Both the position numbers and the translations under genes were made by a program. From Naegleria gruberi (taxonomy: Eukaryota): DNA of 64,000 nt. The stretch is taken from NCBI GenBank assembly GCA_000004985.1, contig GG738858.1; one strand, written 5' to 3'. This document shows positions 23,868-35,869 of the stretch, in pieces (within the stretch, counting starts at the first letter, position 1; every line of letters begins with the position of its first letter). Below the pieces are notes generated by a model. It was not told the DNA's origin, did no database searches, and saw nothing but the letters and a program-made list of their open reading frames with translations.

Positions 23868-26240
23868 ATGAGTGGCAATCCTTTTAACTTGTTGAGTATT
23901 TCTATTGCGGAATTTGATAAACTAAGTGGAAATAGTTTAACTCACACATACCCGACAGATGTTCACTTGGAAAAGTATTACCCTACCAGTAATATTGCTG
24001 ATAAATGTATTCCTGATGGAGCTCATATTTACCATGAAGATCAAACCGGAATAATATTACCAATAACCGAGGATAACACAGAATTAATTCAAGTGCTTCA
24101 CAAGTACATTTCTTCCTTTAAATTCACAACTTCACCTACACCACCCAAACCAATACCATCATCACCATCATCTAATATACCAAATAATAATGATAATGGT
24201 TTTCAAAATTCACAATACTTATATGGAAGTGTTTTCTTCAGGAACAAACTTGATGACAGAGTGCGAAGAGGAGCAATTCAAAAGAGTATTCTTGTTGTAA
24301 CAACAAAGCCACTCTTCACTCTCTTTATTCCTCTTATGAGGGATGCAATTGATAGGTTAGTATATTCATACATTGTTCAATGTTCATCATTTGATTAGAA
24401 TTATAAGTATTGAGGAAGCACACATAGAGAAATCTGAAAAGGAAGTAAGGGAAGTTTGCCGAGATCAAGTTACACTAGTGTTAAAAGATCTTTATGATAG
24501 CTTAAAGGAATCTATAGATGTTGCCTCAATGAACGCAACAAGAAAATTATCGATATCCTTCTCCGATAAGATTTATAATTTAAAAGTACCAAAGTAAGTT
24601 TATTTTAATATTTCCTTGTTAACACAGGAACTAGATGTAAAGAAGAGAATTTTAATGGTGCTTCTCTGATAGACCTTTTAACAATATTTGAAAAACACAT
24701 TTGTTATATTTGGGAAGCATTGCTCTTCTCGCGAAGAATTGTATTTGTAGGATCGCCAGCTAAAGTTGTGACGATGTGCTGTCTCTCTTGTCCTTTATTA
24801 ATTTCTCCTCTTAAAGGAATAACCAATAGGTAAGTTTTTGATTATTTTAAATGTGGAAACGAATTATATTTTAGGATTTCGCCCTATGTGACTATTGGAG
24901 ATCAAAAATTGAGTGAACATGTCTATGTGTGTGGAATGACTAATCCATTACTAGAAAATTCTAAATATGGATGGGATTACTATGCCAGTATTGCTGCTGG
25001 TAAAGTACAATACAAAAGACAAAAAATCTCATTAATTTCAAAATCAGATTTTAAAGATTTTATCAAACAAGTACTTTCTGGAATTAAAAAAGGAAAAAAG
25101 GAAAATTGGGTTCGTGAACAATTCACACAATTCAATTTAAATTTCCTCAAACACGTTCCAAACTCTAAGAAGAAAAGTATCACTCAAAATTTTATTCATA
25201 GTCATGTATATAAGAGATTTTGTAGTACAAATGTGTTGTCTAGCTCTCCACCCTCTCCAATTGCAGATAACACTCTTTCGGTGGGCAGTGTTAGATTTCC
25301 AAAGATTTCATTTGAGGGCTCTGACTCTCCTTTAAGAATATTCCCTCCAAAACTTGTGAAAAGCAAACATTCACAAAGTTATAGTGGTGAATTGAGATTA
25401 TCACCCAAAAAAACACCCACTTCTATTAAGAGTATATACAGGAAGCTTAACCCATTCATTTCATCCAAAAATGAATCACAATTTTCTCAAAAGGATCTCA
25501 TTTCTCAAGTCGTATCTGATGGAGAACTGGAGTTCCTTTGGCCATATATAATGCCTAACAGTGAATCCATGTTAGATTGGACTGTAACAGGGCATGTTAC
25601 ATTGTACAAAATGACATTATGTATCAAAGATGGTTTAAATACCTTTTATTCAAGACATAGTGGACCTTTGAGCCACAAATATGAAAAAGTGCTAGCAAAT
25701 ATTCATTTCATATTAGGAAAACTTTTTAAAGAAAACGAAGAAGTAATTTATTCACAGGAACAACTTGCTTATTTGGATAGAAAATCACTCGATGAAAAGG
25801 AAAAAATACTGAATGAACAAACAGCTAAAAACAAGAGAGATAGTTCATTCCTACATATCAAATTGCAAAAACCATTAGAACAAGAATATATGGTGATCAA
25901 CTCAGAAGTTAAGCAAACATCTCAAAGATCTTTGTTTGTACATAAGGTTGTTCGTCTTCAACTTGATTCTAACAAGCAATATACCTTTTTGGAGAACCCA
26001 GAATATTTTGTTTACGTTGTGAATCGAGTTAGTGAAGAACAAACTGAGCTCACACAAGTTCATGTAATAAGAGCAACTAATCTTAGTGAAAAACGAGACA
26101 AGTATACATACTTTAGTTCAGCTTTAGAAACTAGAAAATTACTAATCGAAAGATTGGATAAAGATGCAACAGATTATAGCAACATTGTAGTGAGTGATTC
26201 AGATTCGAGTGAGGATGAGGATTTAGGATCAAGTGAATAA
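23868..26240 (+). CDS. DENND6/FAM116-type DENN-domain protein; exons approx 23868..24354, 24398..24593, ~24627..24820, 24875..26240
   Basis: YLYGSVFFRNKLDDRVRRGAIQKSILVVTTKPLFTLFIPLMRDAI matches DENND6A [44 protein letters not shown]. ...IFEKHICYIWEALLFSRRIVFVGSPAKVVTMCCLSCPLLISPLK and ISPYVTIGDQKL...VCGMTNPLL also match. Introns of 43 and 54 nt are verified. The exon 2/3 junction cannot be made in frame with canonical sites. Confidence 0.6.
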
Positions 26241-26342
26241 AATTGTTTTCTTTATTTCCATAGCAATTGTTGAGTACCACATTCTCTCAACTTTTTTTCA
26301 TCATGATTTTTGAAAATATTTATTTTTTGAATTTTTGAAAAA

Positions 26343-27811
26343 ATGGGTGAGCGAACTGACAAACTCAAGGAATGGGCAAAGGGAGCCTGTTCTGTTGGAA
26401 ATTTCTACACACTTTTTCTGGCTTTGGCCATGTTGATCACCGGTACCGTCAACACTATTGGTATGTAGGAAATTTATGCGTAGGAAATATTCATTGTGGA
26501 ATGTTGATCAAATTATATATCGCTTGTTATTATGTAAAATTCTTCTTGTTGATTCTATTAAATAGCCACTAAATTACAGGATGTTAGTAATGCTAAGGGT
26601 ATTGGTGATGGGCCACCAACCGCTTTCCAACATGCCTTGTAGGTTTAATTTTTGTTATTGTTGTTAATTAATTAATTAATTTTCATATGATGATTTTAAT
26701 ATTACTAATTATGATGAAATTTTCGTTTTCAATAGTTTCCAAACTGCAGCAATGTTTTTGGGTGAATTGCTCTGTCTCATTCCACACAATCTTCAATTAT
26801 TATATAACAAAATCCGTGGTAGAGGAAAAGCTAAAGAAGAGGAATCAGACTCTTTGATGGATTCCGAAAAACCAAAACCAAAGCCATTCACAAATCCACT
26901 CATCTTTTGGATTCCTGCTTGTTGCGATTTGGGAGGTTCAACTTTGCTCAGTAAGTATTTTGGAAATTCATTTTGCATGATGAAATTCAATTATGTCACA
27001 AACAGATTTTGGTCTCTTCTATACTGATGCTTCTGTTTATCAAATGTTGAGAGGTATCTTGGTCGTTTTTACTGGTTTATTCTCAGTAATTTTCCTTAAA
27101 GCTAGATTGTACTATCACCACTGGTTTGGTTTATTATTAATCCTTGTTGGTTGTGTTATTGTCGGTTTGAGTTCATATTTGTATGCTGAAGATTCTGGAG
27201 CTTCTAGAAATGCTTGGTTGGGTGATCTTTTCGTTGTTTTGGCTCAAATTTTGGCTGCTACTCAATTCATTGTTGAAGAAAAGTTCTTCAGTAGATATGA
27301 TGTTGCTCCATTGCAAGCTGTTGGTTGGGAAGGATACTGGGGTTTGTCAATGACAACTATTGTTTTGTTTGTCTTGTATTGGATTCCAGGTAGCGATTAT
27401 GGAAGTGCTGAAAATGCTGTTTATGCATTTGCTCAATGTTTGAATAATTGGAAGATTGCTGTTTCTACTTTGGGTTCAATTTTCTCAATTGCTTTCTTCA
27501 ACTTCTTTGGTGTTTCTATCACTAAGAGAATCAGTTCTACCACTAGATCAACTATTGACTCTTGTCGTACTATTTTCATTTGGGCTATTTCCCTTATTAT
27601 TGGTTGGGAAGAATTCCATTGGCTCCAAGTTGGTGGTTTCGTCGTTTTGTTGTTGGGTACCTCTCTTTACAATGAAATTATTAAGGTTCCATATTACCAC
27701 AAGTGGTATTTGGGCAGAAAGGAACTTTATTTGCAAGAAAAGGAAAGAAAGGAAGCTGAAAAGAAAGCTTTGGCTGAAGAAAAGAAGAATAGAAAGAGAA
27801 ATATTCAATAA
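26343..27811 (+). CDS. solute carrier family 35 member F6 (SLC35F6/ANT2BP-like DMT-superfamily transporter); join(26343..26460,26566..26638,26736..26950,27006..27811)
   Basis: The spliced product ...GTVNTIATKLQDVSNAKGIGDGPPTAFQHAFFQTAAMFLGELLCL...VYQMLRGILVVFTGLFSVIFL is colinear with human SLC35F6 GSINTLSAKWADNFMAEG..SFQHPFLQAVGMFLGEFSCL..SFQMLRGAVIIFTGLFSVAFL. The introns are 105, 97 and 55 nt. Confidence 0.8.
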
Positions 27812-27885
27812 ATTAATTGTAAACTTATTCTAAATTATTTTCTGGAAATAATCTAATAATCACCATATTTAAACATTGAAAAAAA

Positions 27886-30668
27886 ATGAGTGAACATCAA
27901 ATCTCCCTCAACAAAGAGACAGACATGGCTGTTGTTCGTTTGGATCAAATAAATGATCATTATTACAAGCTTTTCAATCTTAATGTTCCGAAGGATTTGG
28001 TGAATAACATCAAGAAGGCAATCGTTTCTCAAGATTTAGTTTGGATCATTGATAATGACGGAAAATTGTACGAGTGCAAATTTTCTGGTACCATGTCACC
28101 TTGTTATTGCAAGTTGTTTGATACTAGGGAAATTAATGAGCCAATTTTAGATATTGTTGGAAATGACAATCATTTATTTCTCACCACCAAATCACAAATG
28201 TATGGATTGGGGGTATGTTTTATGATCTATTGATATTAATTATTGATTTAGGGAAATGGATTTGGACAATTAGGATTAGGTAGTACAAAATTTAAAGAGT
28301 CTACTTGTCAACCAATAACCTTTTTCGATAGAATTAATGTAAATAGTAGCAAATATAAGGATAGAGTTGTGAAGATTGCTTGTGGAGAGGCATTTACTTT
28401 ATTCTTGACAAATACTAATAAGGTTTACAGTTGTGGAAGGTAAGAATTGAATATTTAACAACATAAGTCATTTTGAAAAGTAATTATTATGGACAACAGA
28501 CATTCCCTATGGAATCAGCTTTTCTTCCAACTCCTCAAAGAATTACTGAAATTTTCAAAGAAAATCAAAAAGTTGTTAACATTCATTGTGGCCAAACATA
28601 TTCTTTATTTGAGTTGGATGATGGATCATTTCTTTGCTATGGAAGATTGGGTAGTTTTTTGGTGAAAGATCCTAAAATTGTTCCAAAATTGCAAGAATTT
28701 GACAGGTTTGTGCTATTGAATTGATTTATTAACCATTTCAGTATTGAGTCTGTGTATTGTTTATCAGAACGGATTATTTTCATAACTAAATTCATGAAAA
28801 GAATTGATGTGGTGATTAAGACAATCTCTAAAGCAAATCAAGACAATTTTTTTGTTGTCCATTCTGTCAAGGAAGGTTCATTTCAATGTGTGGAGAAAAA
28901 CTCTCAAGAAATTATTTTGAACTGTAACGAGCAACACTTTAAATTATTTCACATTCAATATAAAGCTACCAATTCAGTTAAAGTCTACCAAGGTGATAAA
29001 TTAATCAGAACAATAACTATTAATTCAGATCCAAGTAGATTGAGGGTTTGTTTTACTTCTGGCGAAAACATTCTCATTTATATGAGCAACAGCACTTCAC
29101 AACGTAAAAAAACAATTCATGAATTGATTTTGGGAAAATCTAAAGAGTTCAAACTACCTTCTGATACAATTAATGTTGGATCCTCACCTGTTTATGCATT
29201 CCTTCCATTCATTCAAATTAGAAATCCTCAATTTTATGATTTACTTAGAACAGGTGATTTATTCACTTCGGATAGATCGCCAACCATTATTCAAGATTTG
29301 ATTGATTACTGTTTTTCACAAGACTGTTCATTCTTGAGAAGTTACACATCACCAATGGTTGCTGAGTTAATATACTTATTAGAGAAAATGGGTGTTATCT
29401 ACAATGAATTCACTGCTCCATTAATTTTTCAATCATCAGTACAAATTTCAGCTAGTGAAGATTTTGCTCCAAATGCTGATGCATACGTTGTGAAGCTAAA
29501 ACAAGAGGGAATTACCCCAAAGCTATTTGGTAATTCTCAATTTTTCAATAATCAAACGCCAGCTTATCTACCACCAATTGGTTCAGTTTTGGGTAAACTT
29601 TTTAACTCTGAATCATCAGCAGATACTTCTATAGTCATTGACCAGTTTGGATTGGAAAAAGTCAAATGCCACAGAAGTGTATTGATTGCACAAAGCACCT
29701 TTTTTGAGGCGTTCTATACTGGACATTTTGCTTCAAATGAAATCAATCTCTTCAATGACGAAGATACAGGAGAATTGGATATCAACACTGAGGATATGAG
29801 CGAAGAGGAGAGACAAATGCTGATAGACCCTGAATCTCAAATCAAAACCAGAGCATTGAGAAATATTTTAATGATGTTTTATGAAATTGAGCCAACTGTT
29901 GAGTATGAATTGGTAATTCCAATGCTAGACATGGCTCACAAATTAGATTCTGAGAATTTGGTTATGAAATGCTTGAATATGTTTGAAAATAATTTGGATG
30001 ATGAAAGCTATCAAGTTGTTAATCAGTGGCTGGGAGGTCTTGAACAAAAGACCGATATTCAAAATATGATTTTGAAGACTGCAGATACTTGGGCAAGTCA
30101 AGTATCTCAAAAAATAATACTATTCGAAAATTATGAATTGGAAGAAGAATTTGGTAAATATATTAGAAAACTTAATAATTTCGAAATTTGCCAAGAATTC
30201 ATTCCAAATTTTACAACTCACTATGTTGCAACTAAGCTTGACAAGAAGGATTACAATTTCCTATGTGCAGTAGCTGGTAATTGTAGTATTGTTAAACCTG
30301 AATATTTAAGAAAATGTGGAGAAGAGCAATGTTGGATTGAGGAAGGGCCATATCTTTTAAATAATTGTGCTAATGAATTTGAAAAAAAGGTTCAACTTCT
30401 CTTAAAGGTAAACATGGATAACAAGTTATTGAAGAAATTTGCCTTCTCTTCATATTGTGCACATATATTTTTNNNNNNNNNNNNNNNNNNNNNNNNNNNN
30501 NNNNNNNNNNNNNNNNNNNNNNATGTTGGTGTAAAATGTGAAAAGTATTACATTATTGACTACCACAATTTGGTGGATGTTTTACTTGGCAGTCAAGCAT
30601 CAAAATTCCATTTTGAAAAGAAACGTAAAAGAGAAGATCAAGATCAAAATAGATTTCATTTTTATTAG
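27886..30668 (+). CDS. RCC1-repeat plus BTB/POZ domain protein (RCBTB-like); join(27886..28212,28252..28439,28481..28705,28742..30668); contains N run 30473..30522
   Basis: The RCC1 blades read MYGLG|GNGFGQLGLGS...KIACGEAFTLFLTNTNKVYSCGR and NIHCGQTYSLFELDDGSFLCYGRLG. The BTB core is SIVIDQFGLEKVKCHRSVLIAQSTFFEAFYTGHF...LRNILMMFYEIE. The introns are 39, 41 and 36 nt, and all exons join in frame. Confidence 0.75.
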
Positions 30669-32608
30669 TTAAATACTGATGATTTGGTAGGAATATTTGG
30701 GTTGGTAGATTTGGCGGTAATTGTTTGAGAAGTTAAGGTTGATGTTACAAGTGACTTTTCTCTTCGTAAAGCCATTTGTTTTCGTTGACTTATTGTTGGG
30801 CTGTGTTTCCTTGATACTGTCTGAGACAATGATACAGGATCTTTCCTAATGTGGAGTGAGTTTACATTAATAAATGTGAGATTATCAATTAATTGATAAA
30901 ATAAGCTCTGACTCATCATTGATAATGATGAAGTATAGCTGAAATAATAATGACAAGATGGTGACTTTACAAAAACGCAAATTTGTCCAATTTTGAAATT
31001 CTCCAACTTGTAAGTAAAAAATAATCTCTTTCCTGGATATTTCAAATTTCCAATTTCTATGTCTTCTGATGTAACAAGGGTACCTTCTGGTGATTGTAAA
31101 ATTTCCTTTACAACTGTGTTAACTTGTTCTTCAAAATTGAGTGGTAGTAATATTTTGGCATTGAAATTTTCTCGTTCTGAATTATTTGATAATATTTGTA
31201 CAGGGTGAAATAAAAATACATATCCATCTTGGACTTCCATGTGCATAATGGATGGGAATGACATTGATAACTCTTTTGAAAGTTTAACTTCTTTTGTATC
31301 TATTTCTAATAAAGACCTTGTGTAAAGTCCTTCTCTTATCATTTTGTCAAAAACTTGTTCATTTCTTTCCTCAGGATTGATATTAGTGGTATATTTGATT
31401 TGATGCATCAAGCCCATTCCATCTTGGATGATAACTATCTTTTGATAGATTGTCATCTTTACAGTATTGGTCTTGTTGATTGGTAATAACTGATCAAATT
31501 GTAAAGTACAAAATGCACACTGTTTTTCTGGTTGAATATTTCTCTCATTTGTAATACTTGTCATGGATTGTAAAACTTTGAAATTTGAAACCTTGGTGCT
31601 TCCTCTCTCCAATCTTTTAAATTGTTCTTCCAGAGAGGAATTTTTCGTGAATAATTGTGTACACAGTATATCTTCTTTGAGTTTGCCATTATCGAGTGGG
31701 GATGTGAATATTGGAGCTCCACTAGGAAGAGCCATTCCTTTTTTCCAAGTCGTTGGTAAATGCATTTCATAAAAATCCTCTCTGTGAATTACTTCACCCA
31801 CTGAATCATATTCAGTAGGAATAGATGGAAAGGATGATTTCTGTGAAATTTCAGTGGGTGAAATAGAATTCCCTGAAACTAATGACCGTGTCCCAACTGG
31901 TGATGAGGAAATTGAATTGGTTGGCGAACGAGGACTTGGTTTAATAAAATTGGGAGTGTTAGGTGAGGATGAGAGTGAGGGAGAATTAGGTGATGAAGAA
32001 AATTGAAATTCATTCTTGAAACTTTCAATACTATCTGCAAATAACTCCTTCTAAACATTTAAAATTCATTATTGGAAATTTCAAGAATTTACAAAATCAT
32101 GAAAATGCACAAAAAACACAAAACTTACCCACACATAAGTATTAAAATTCTCCAAATATTTAAAAAACTGTTCCTCACTAACGAGACCATCACCATCACC
32201 ATCCAAATCTTTCATCAATTCTGGGAGTTTACTCTTATACAATTCAGTGAGCATGAAAATCTCTTGAAATCTTGTCTGATACCTTTTTTGAAGAGAAGGA
32301 TCAATGGATCCTGCCCTCGTCTTTCTCAATCTTTTCTGATTTTCCAAATCTTCAATACTCCTATTATGAATTGCATTAATCAAATCGAGAAGAAATTGTT
32401 TAATTTCAACATCTTGCAAATAATTGTCTCCATCAACATCATATTTTCTCCATAATGTTTCAATTCCCTTCCTCGATATGAACAAGTCTCCTTCTCTATA
32501 TTTACCATTCTCCACTGCATGATTTTTTAATTGTTCATCATCCTTCTCCACAAATTGTCTCATCTCCTCCGAGGTTGACAGTGTTACTATTGATGATGAA
32601 TTTCCCAT
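30665..32608 (-). CDS. N-myristoylated EF-hand protein with ~460-aa C-terminal domain of unknown function; join(32608..32129,32050..30665)
   Basis: Exon 1 starts MGNSSS and carries EF-hand loops DVDGDNYLQDVE and DLDGDGDGLVSEEQF. It ends at ...NTYVW, followed by a GTAAGT donor. A 78-nt intron ends TGTTTAG and joins in phase 0 to an open frame running continuously into ORF 30665..31801. The ORF track splits this gene in two. Confidence 0.65.
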
Positions 32609-33298
32609 CTTTGTTGTGATTTTTCGGTTAGTTGTTGTTCTTCTTCTTGTGATTTTGAAAACTCTTAGGCTAGGAGTTAAAAAAGATCAATCGTTAATGA
32701 TGATGCAACCAACACACTAAAATTAGAAGTGGAGAGGAGAATTAAAGCTTCTTTTTTTTCTGTTGTGGATTTCTAGTTGGAGGAGTTTTTAATCGGTTTA
32801 ACAAAATATCTGTTCGCACTAACTTGTGGATGTTGTTGATAGATCTGGATTTTGTTAAAATTGGGATTTGAATTTATCGTATTGTTCAAGAGTGTGAATG
32901 GCACCAGTGAAGGTAGAATGGATTCAAAACGTGGTTGGTAGTTTTGGTTTGAAGGTGGTGGATGAACTGGATTGGTTTTTTTGGGATCGTTTCTAGATTG
33001 TACAGGTGGCTTTGGTTGCTTAGTGTGAGTTCTTGTTGTTGGCCTTGTTTATGGGTCTTTTAGCCAAAGTGAAATAATCCTTCCATAATTATTCTTCTTT
33101 ATTTGTTCATTGGCTTTACGGTGAAAGGGGCACCAAACTTTTTGAAAATGCAATTATTAAGGCCATGATAGTCACGTTGAAAGAGGTCTTATTTTGTTCA
33201 TTAGAATATTTGTTTGTAATTGTAAAGAATTTCAAAAAAGTGATAGAATTATCAGATAAATACAAGAGTTTTATGAGGAAGGTTGTGTACAAGTGGAT

Positions 33299-34066
33299 TT
33301 AATCTCTTTCAGCGAGAGCATTCAAAACAGTGTCAATTTCCTCAGATGACAATACTTTGAATTTACGATCTTCTCCAGAAACAATACAAACTTCAATATC
33401 AGCAGATTTGAGTTCAGAACTCAAAACACTTTGCAAACTACTGACAGTAAGTTGAACAGTTTCTTGAGTTGATAAGGCACATTCACTACCATCTTCGTTT
33501 TGTTTGATATCCTTCAACTTCTTTTCCAAAAAGTTTTGAGCTTCAGTTTCCTTTTGTCCAGCACTTGTTGCAAAATATCCAGCATAATAACCTGCAGGAT
33601 CGATCTTATACAATTGTGGTTCCTTTGTTTCTTCGTCAACACCAATTAACATCATGACAACACCTTGTGGTCTGATACCAGCATATTGAGTAAATAATTG
33701 AGCATTATCGGCCATTCTCTTGGCAAGGTAAGACACTGGAATTTCATATCCGAATTTGAAATGGAAAGAAGCAGCTTCATATCTGGCTCTTTGAACATTA
33801 ACTCTGGCATCAGCAATTCTACCAGTCATTACACATCCAATACGATCAGTGATTTTAAATACATGTGTTACGGATTCAGCTTTCAAGAGTTTATCAGGAA
33901 CTTTCTTTTGAGTAACAATACAACAAGAGTCTTTACCACGGACACCAATAGTAGTAATACCAGGTGTCTTTACGGCCTTAAAGGCATATTCAACTTGATA
34001 AAGTCTTCCTTCAGGAGAAAAGACAGTGATAAAACGATCGTAACCTGATGATGATCCACGAGACAT
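33299..34066 (-). CDS. 20S proteasome alpha subunit (alpha-1/PSMA6-type)
   Basis: MSRGSSSGYDRFITVFSPEGRLYQVEYAFKAV... carries the alpha-subunit N-terminal signature. 255 aa, ATG start. Confidence 0.85.
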   Translation of the reverse strand: MSRGSSSGYDRFITVFSPEGRLYQVEYAFKAVKTPGITTIGVRGKDSCCIVTQKKVPDKLLKAESVTHVFKITDRIGCVMTGRIADARVNVQRARYEAASFHFKFGYEIPVSYLAKRMADNAQLFTQYAGIRPQGVVMMLIGVDEETKEPQLYKIDPAGYYAGYFATSAGQKETEAQNFLEKKLKDIKQNEDGSECALSTQETVQLTVSSLQSVLSSELKSADIEVCIVSGEDRKFKVLSSEEIDTVLNALAERD

Positions 34067-34292
34067 TTTTTTATATTGTTTTCTATTGATAATCTATTTT
34101 TAATTCATCATTTCCAGCTTTAAATTTTTTGATCCAAGTCAAATACAACCATCATCAAATGAATTAAACTTGTTAATCCATTACGTAAGTATAGAAGATT
34201 AACAATATCAAAGAATAGTTGATAATTTTCAGTACGATGGGATGAGAGGAAAATTGTTTAAATCCTCATCTTATTTATTATTTTAAAAGAAA

Positions 34293-35606
34293 ATGCTCAA
34301 CACGAAATTTCGTATTAAATTTTCCACGATCAAACAATCAATAATAACCTCTAACAATAATGTTCTTTTAAATTATATTCTTCATAGTAATAATAATAAT
34401 AACCAAATTAGATGTAATCATCACAGATCTGTTCAATCTCCACCTTGGACAAAACAATTTTCAAAGGAATGGATAGTGGATATGAAAACTCCATGTTTTG
34501 TTGTGGATTTGGAGAGATTTGAGAGAAATTGTCAAAATATGATCAAGAAGGCTTCTGATTGTGGGATTTCATTGAGACCACATGTTAAAACTCACAAAAC
34601 ATTGGAAGGAGCAAGGCTACAAACAAAAGATATGCTAGAGAGAAAGATTGTTGTTTCAACATTGGCAGAGGCTGAATTTTATGGTTCCGATATGTTCAAT
34701 GATATTCATTATGCTGTACCTATTTCTTCTAAAAGTAAATTGGAACAAGTTGCAAAATTAACACAAAATCTCAAAGCTTTTCATATTGAGGTTGATAATG
34801 AAGATTCCTTGGATTTAATTGAGGATTATGCTAAATTGAATAAGGTTAAATTTTCACTGTTTGTTCAAGTTGACTCTGGACAACATAGAATTGGTGTAGA
34901 TCCAAATAGTGAGGCATCTGTTGAATTAGTGAAGAGAATACATAATTCTCCATATCTCTCATTTGCAGGACTCTACACACATGCTGGACATTCATATGGA
35001 TGCCAAGGGGTTGAGGAAATTAAAGTAGTAGCAAGGGATGAAGCAAAAATTATCTCAGATTTTGCAAGAAAGCTCATTAGTGTCGGAATTAAACCAAAGA
35101 CTGTTGCTGTGGGATCAACACCAACTTGTTCGATTGGTTCAAGAGATGAATGGAAGACTAGTGATAGTTTGGTAAATGAGCTTCATCCTGGAAATTATGT
35201 ATTCTTTGATTATATGCAAACAAAGATTGGAAGTTGCAGTGTTGACGATTGTTCTGCATATTTAGTTTCGAGTGTTATTAGTACTAGACCAAGTAAGAAT
35301 CAATTAGCTATTGACTGTGGAGCATTGTCTCTCAGTAAGGATGTTGGAGTTTCATCATCAGGAAACGCATCATATGGACTGATAATGGAAGATGAATCAT
35401 TACAACTAACAGGTCTCACTCAAGAAATTGGCATTGTGACAGGTGATAAACCAATCGATTTTAACAAATTTAAGGTTGGCACTAAGATTACAATCATTCC
35501 TAATCACAGTTGCCTTGCCGCTGCTTTATTTGACAAGTATTATGTTGTGGATAATTCTACAGATTTGAATTTGGTTGCTATATGGAAAAATGTTAGGGGA
35601 TGGTAG
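34293..35606 (+). CDS. eukaryotic D-serine dehydratase (alanine-racemase-N fold, PLP-dependent; Dsd1-like)
   Basis: The PLP lysine context is ISLRPHVKTHKTLEGARLQ. ...YTHAGHSYG and the C-terminal D-serine-dehydratase-like region are present. Confidence 0.75.
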   Translation: MLNTKFRIKFSTIKQSIITSNNNVLLNYILHSNNNNNQIRCNHHRSVQSPPWTKQFSKEWIVDMKTPCFVVDLERFERNCQNMIKKASDCGISLRPHVKTHKTLEGARLQTKDMLERKIVVSTLAEAEFYGSDMFNDIHYAVPISSKSKLEQVAKLTQNLKAFHIEVDNEDSLDLIEDYAKLNKVKFSLFVQVDSGQHRIGVDPNSEASVELVKRIHNSPYLSFAGLYTHAGHSYGCQGVEEIKVVARDEAKIISDFARKLISVGIKPKTVAVGSTPTCSIGSRDEWKTSDSLVNELHPGNYVFFDYMQTKIGSCSVDDCSAYLVSSVISTRPSKNQLAIDCGALSLSKDVGVSSSGNASYGLIMEDESLQLTGLTQEIGIVTGDKPIDFNKFKVGTKITIIPNHSCLAAALFDKYYVVDNSTDLNLVAIWKNVRGW

Positions 35607-35869
35607 ATGATAATTCTTTCACAAAGTTTCTAATAATGAACTTGTTCCTTCTCTTTGTCAGGCATTTACTTGTTAATTAAATCCCTTCATTCTCTTTAAA
35701 TATAATTCAATATTATTTTGGATTGGAAACGAACTGGTCCATCTGCACAAACTATAATGCATTCCCCTTAATTATGTTGTACATTTGCACTTTTTCTGGA
35801 AAGCGTGTAACATTTTAATGACAGCATTCAAGGTATGAATAAACTCTTGGGTTGATAAATTAATATTTT

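Noticed and set aside
32081-32608. Stand-alone 175-aa EF-hand protein
   Set aside because: Its C-terminal 15 residues are intron read-through. It is exon 1 of the larger 30665..32608 gene.
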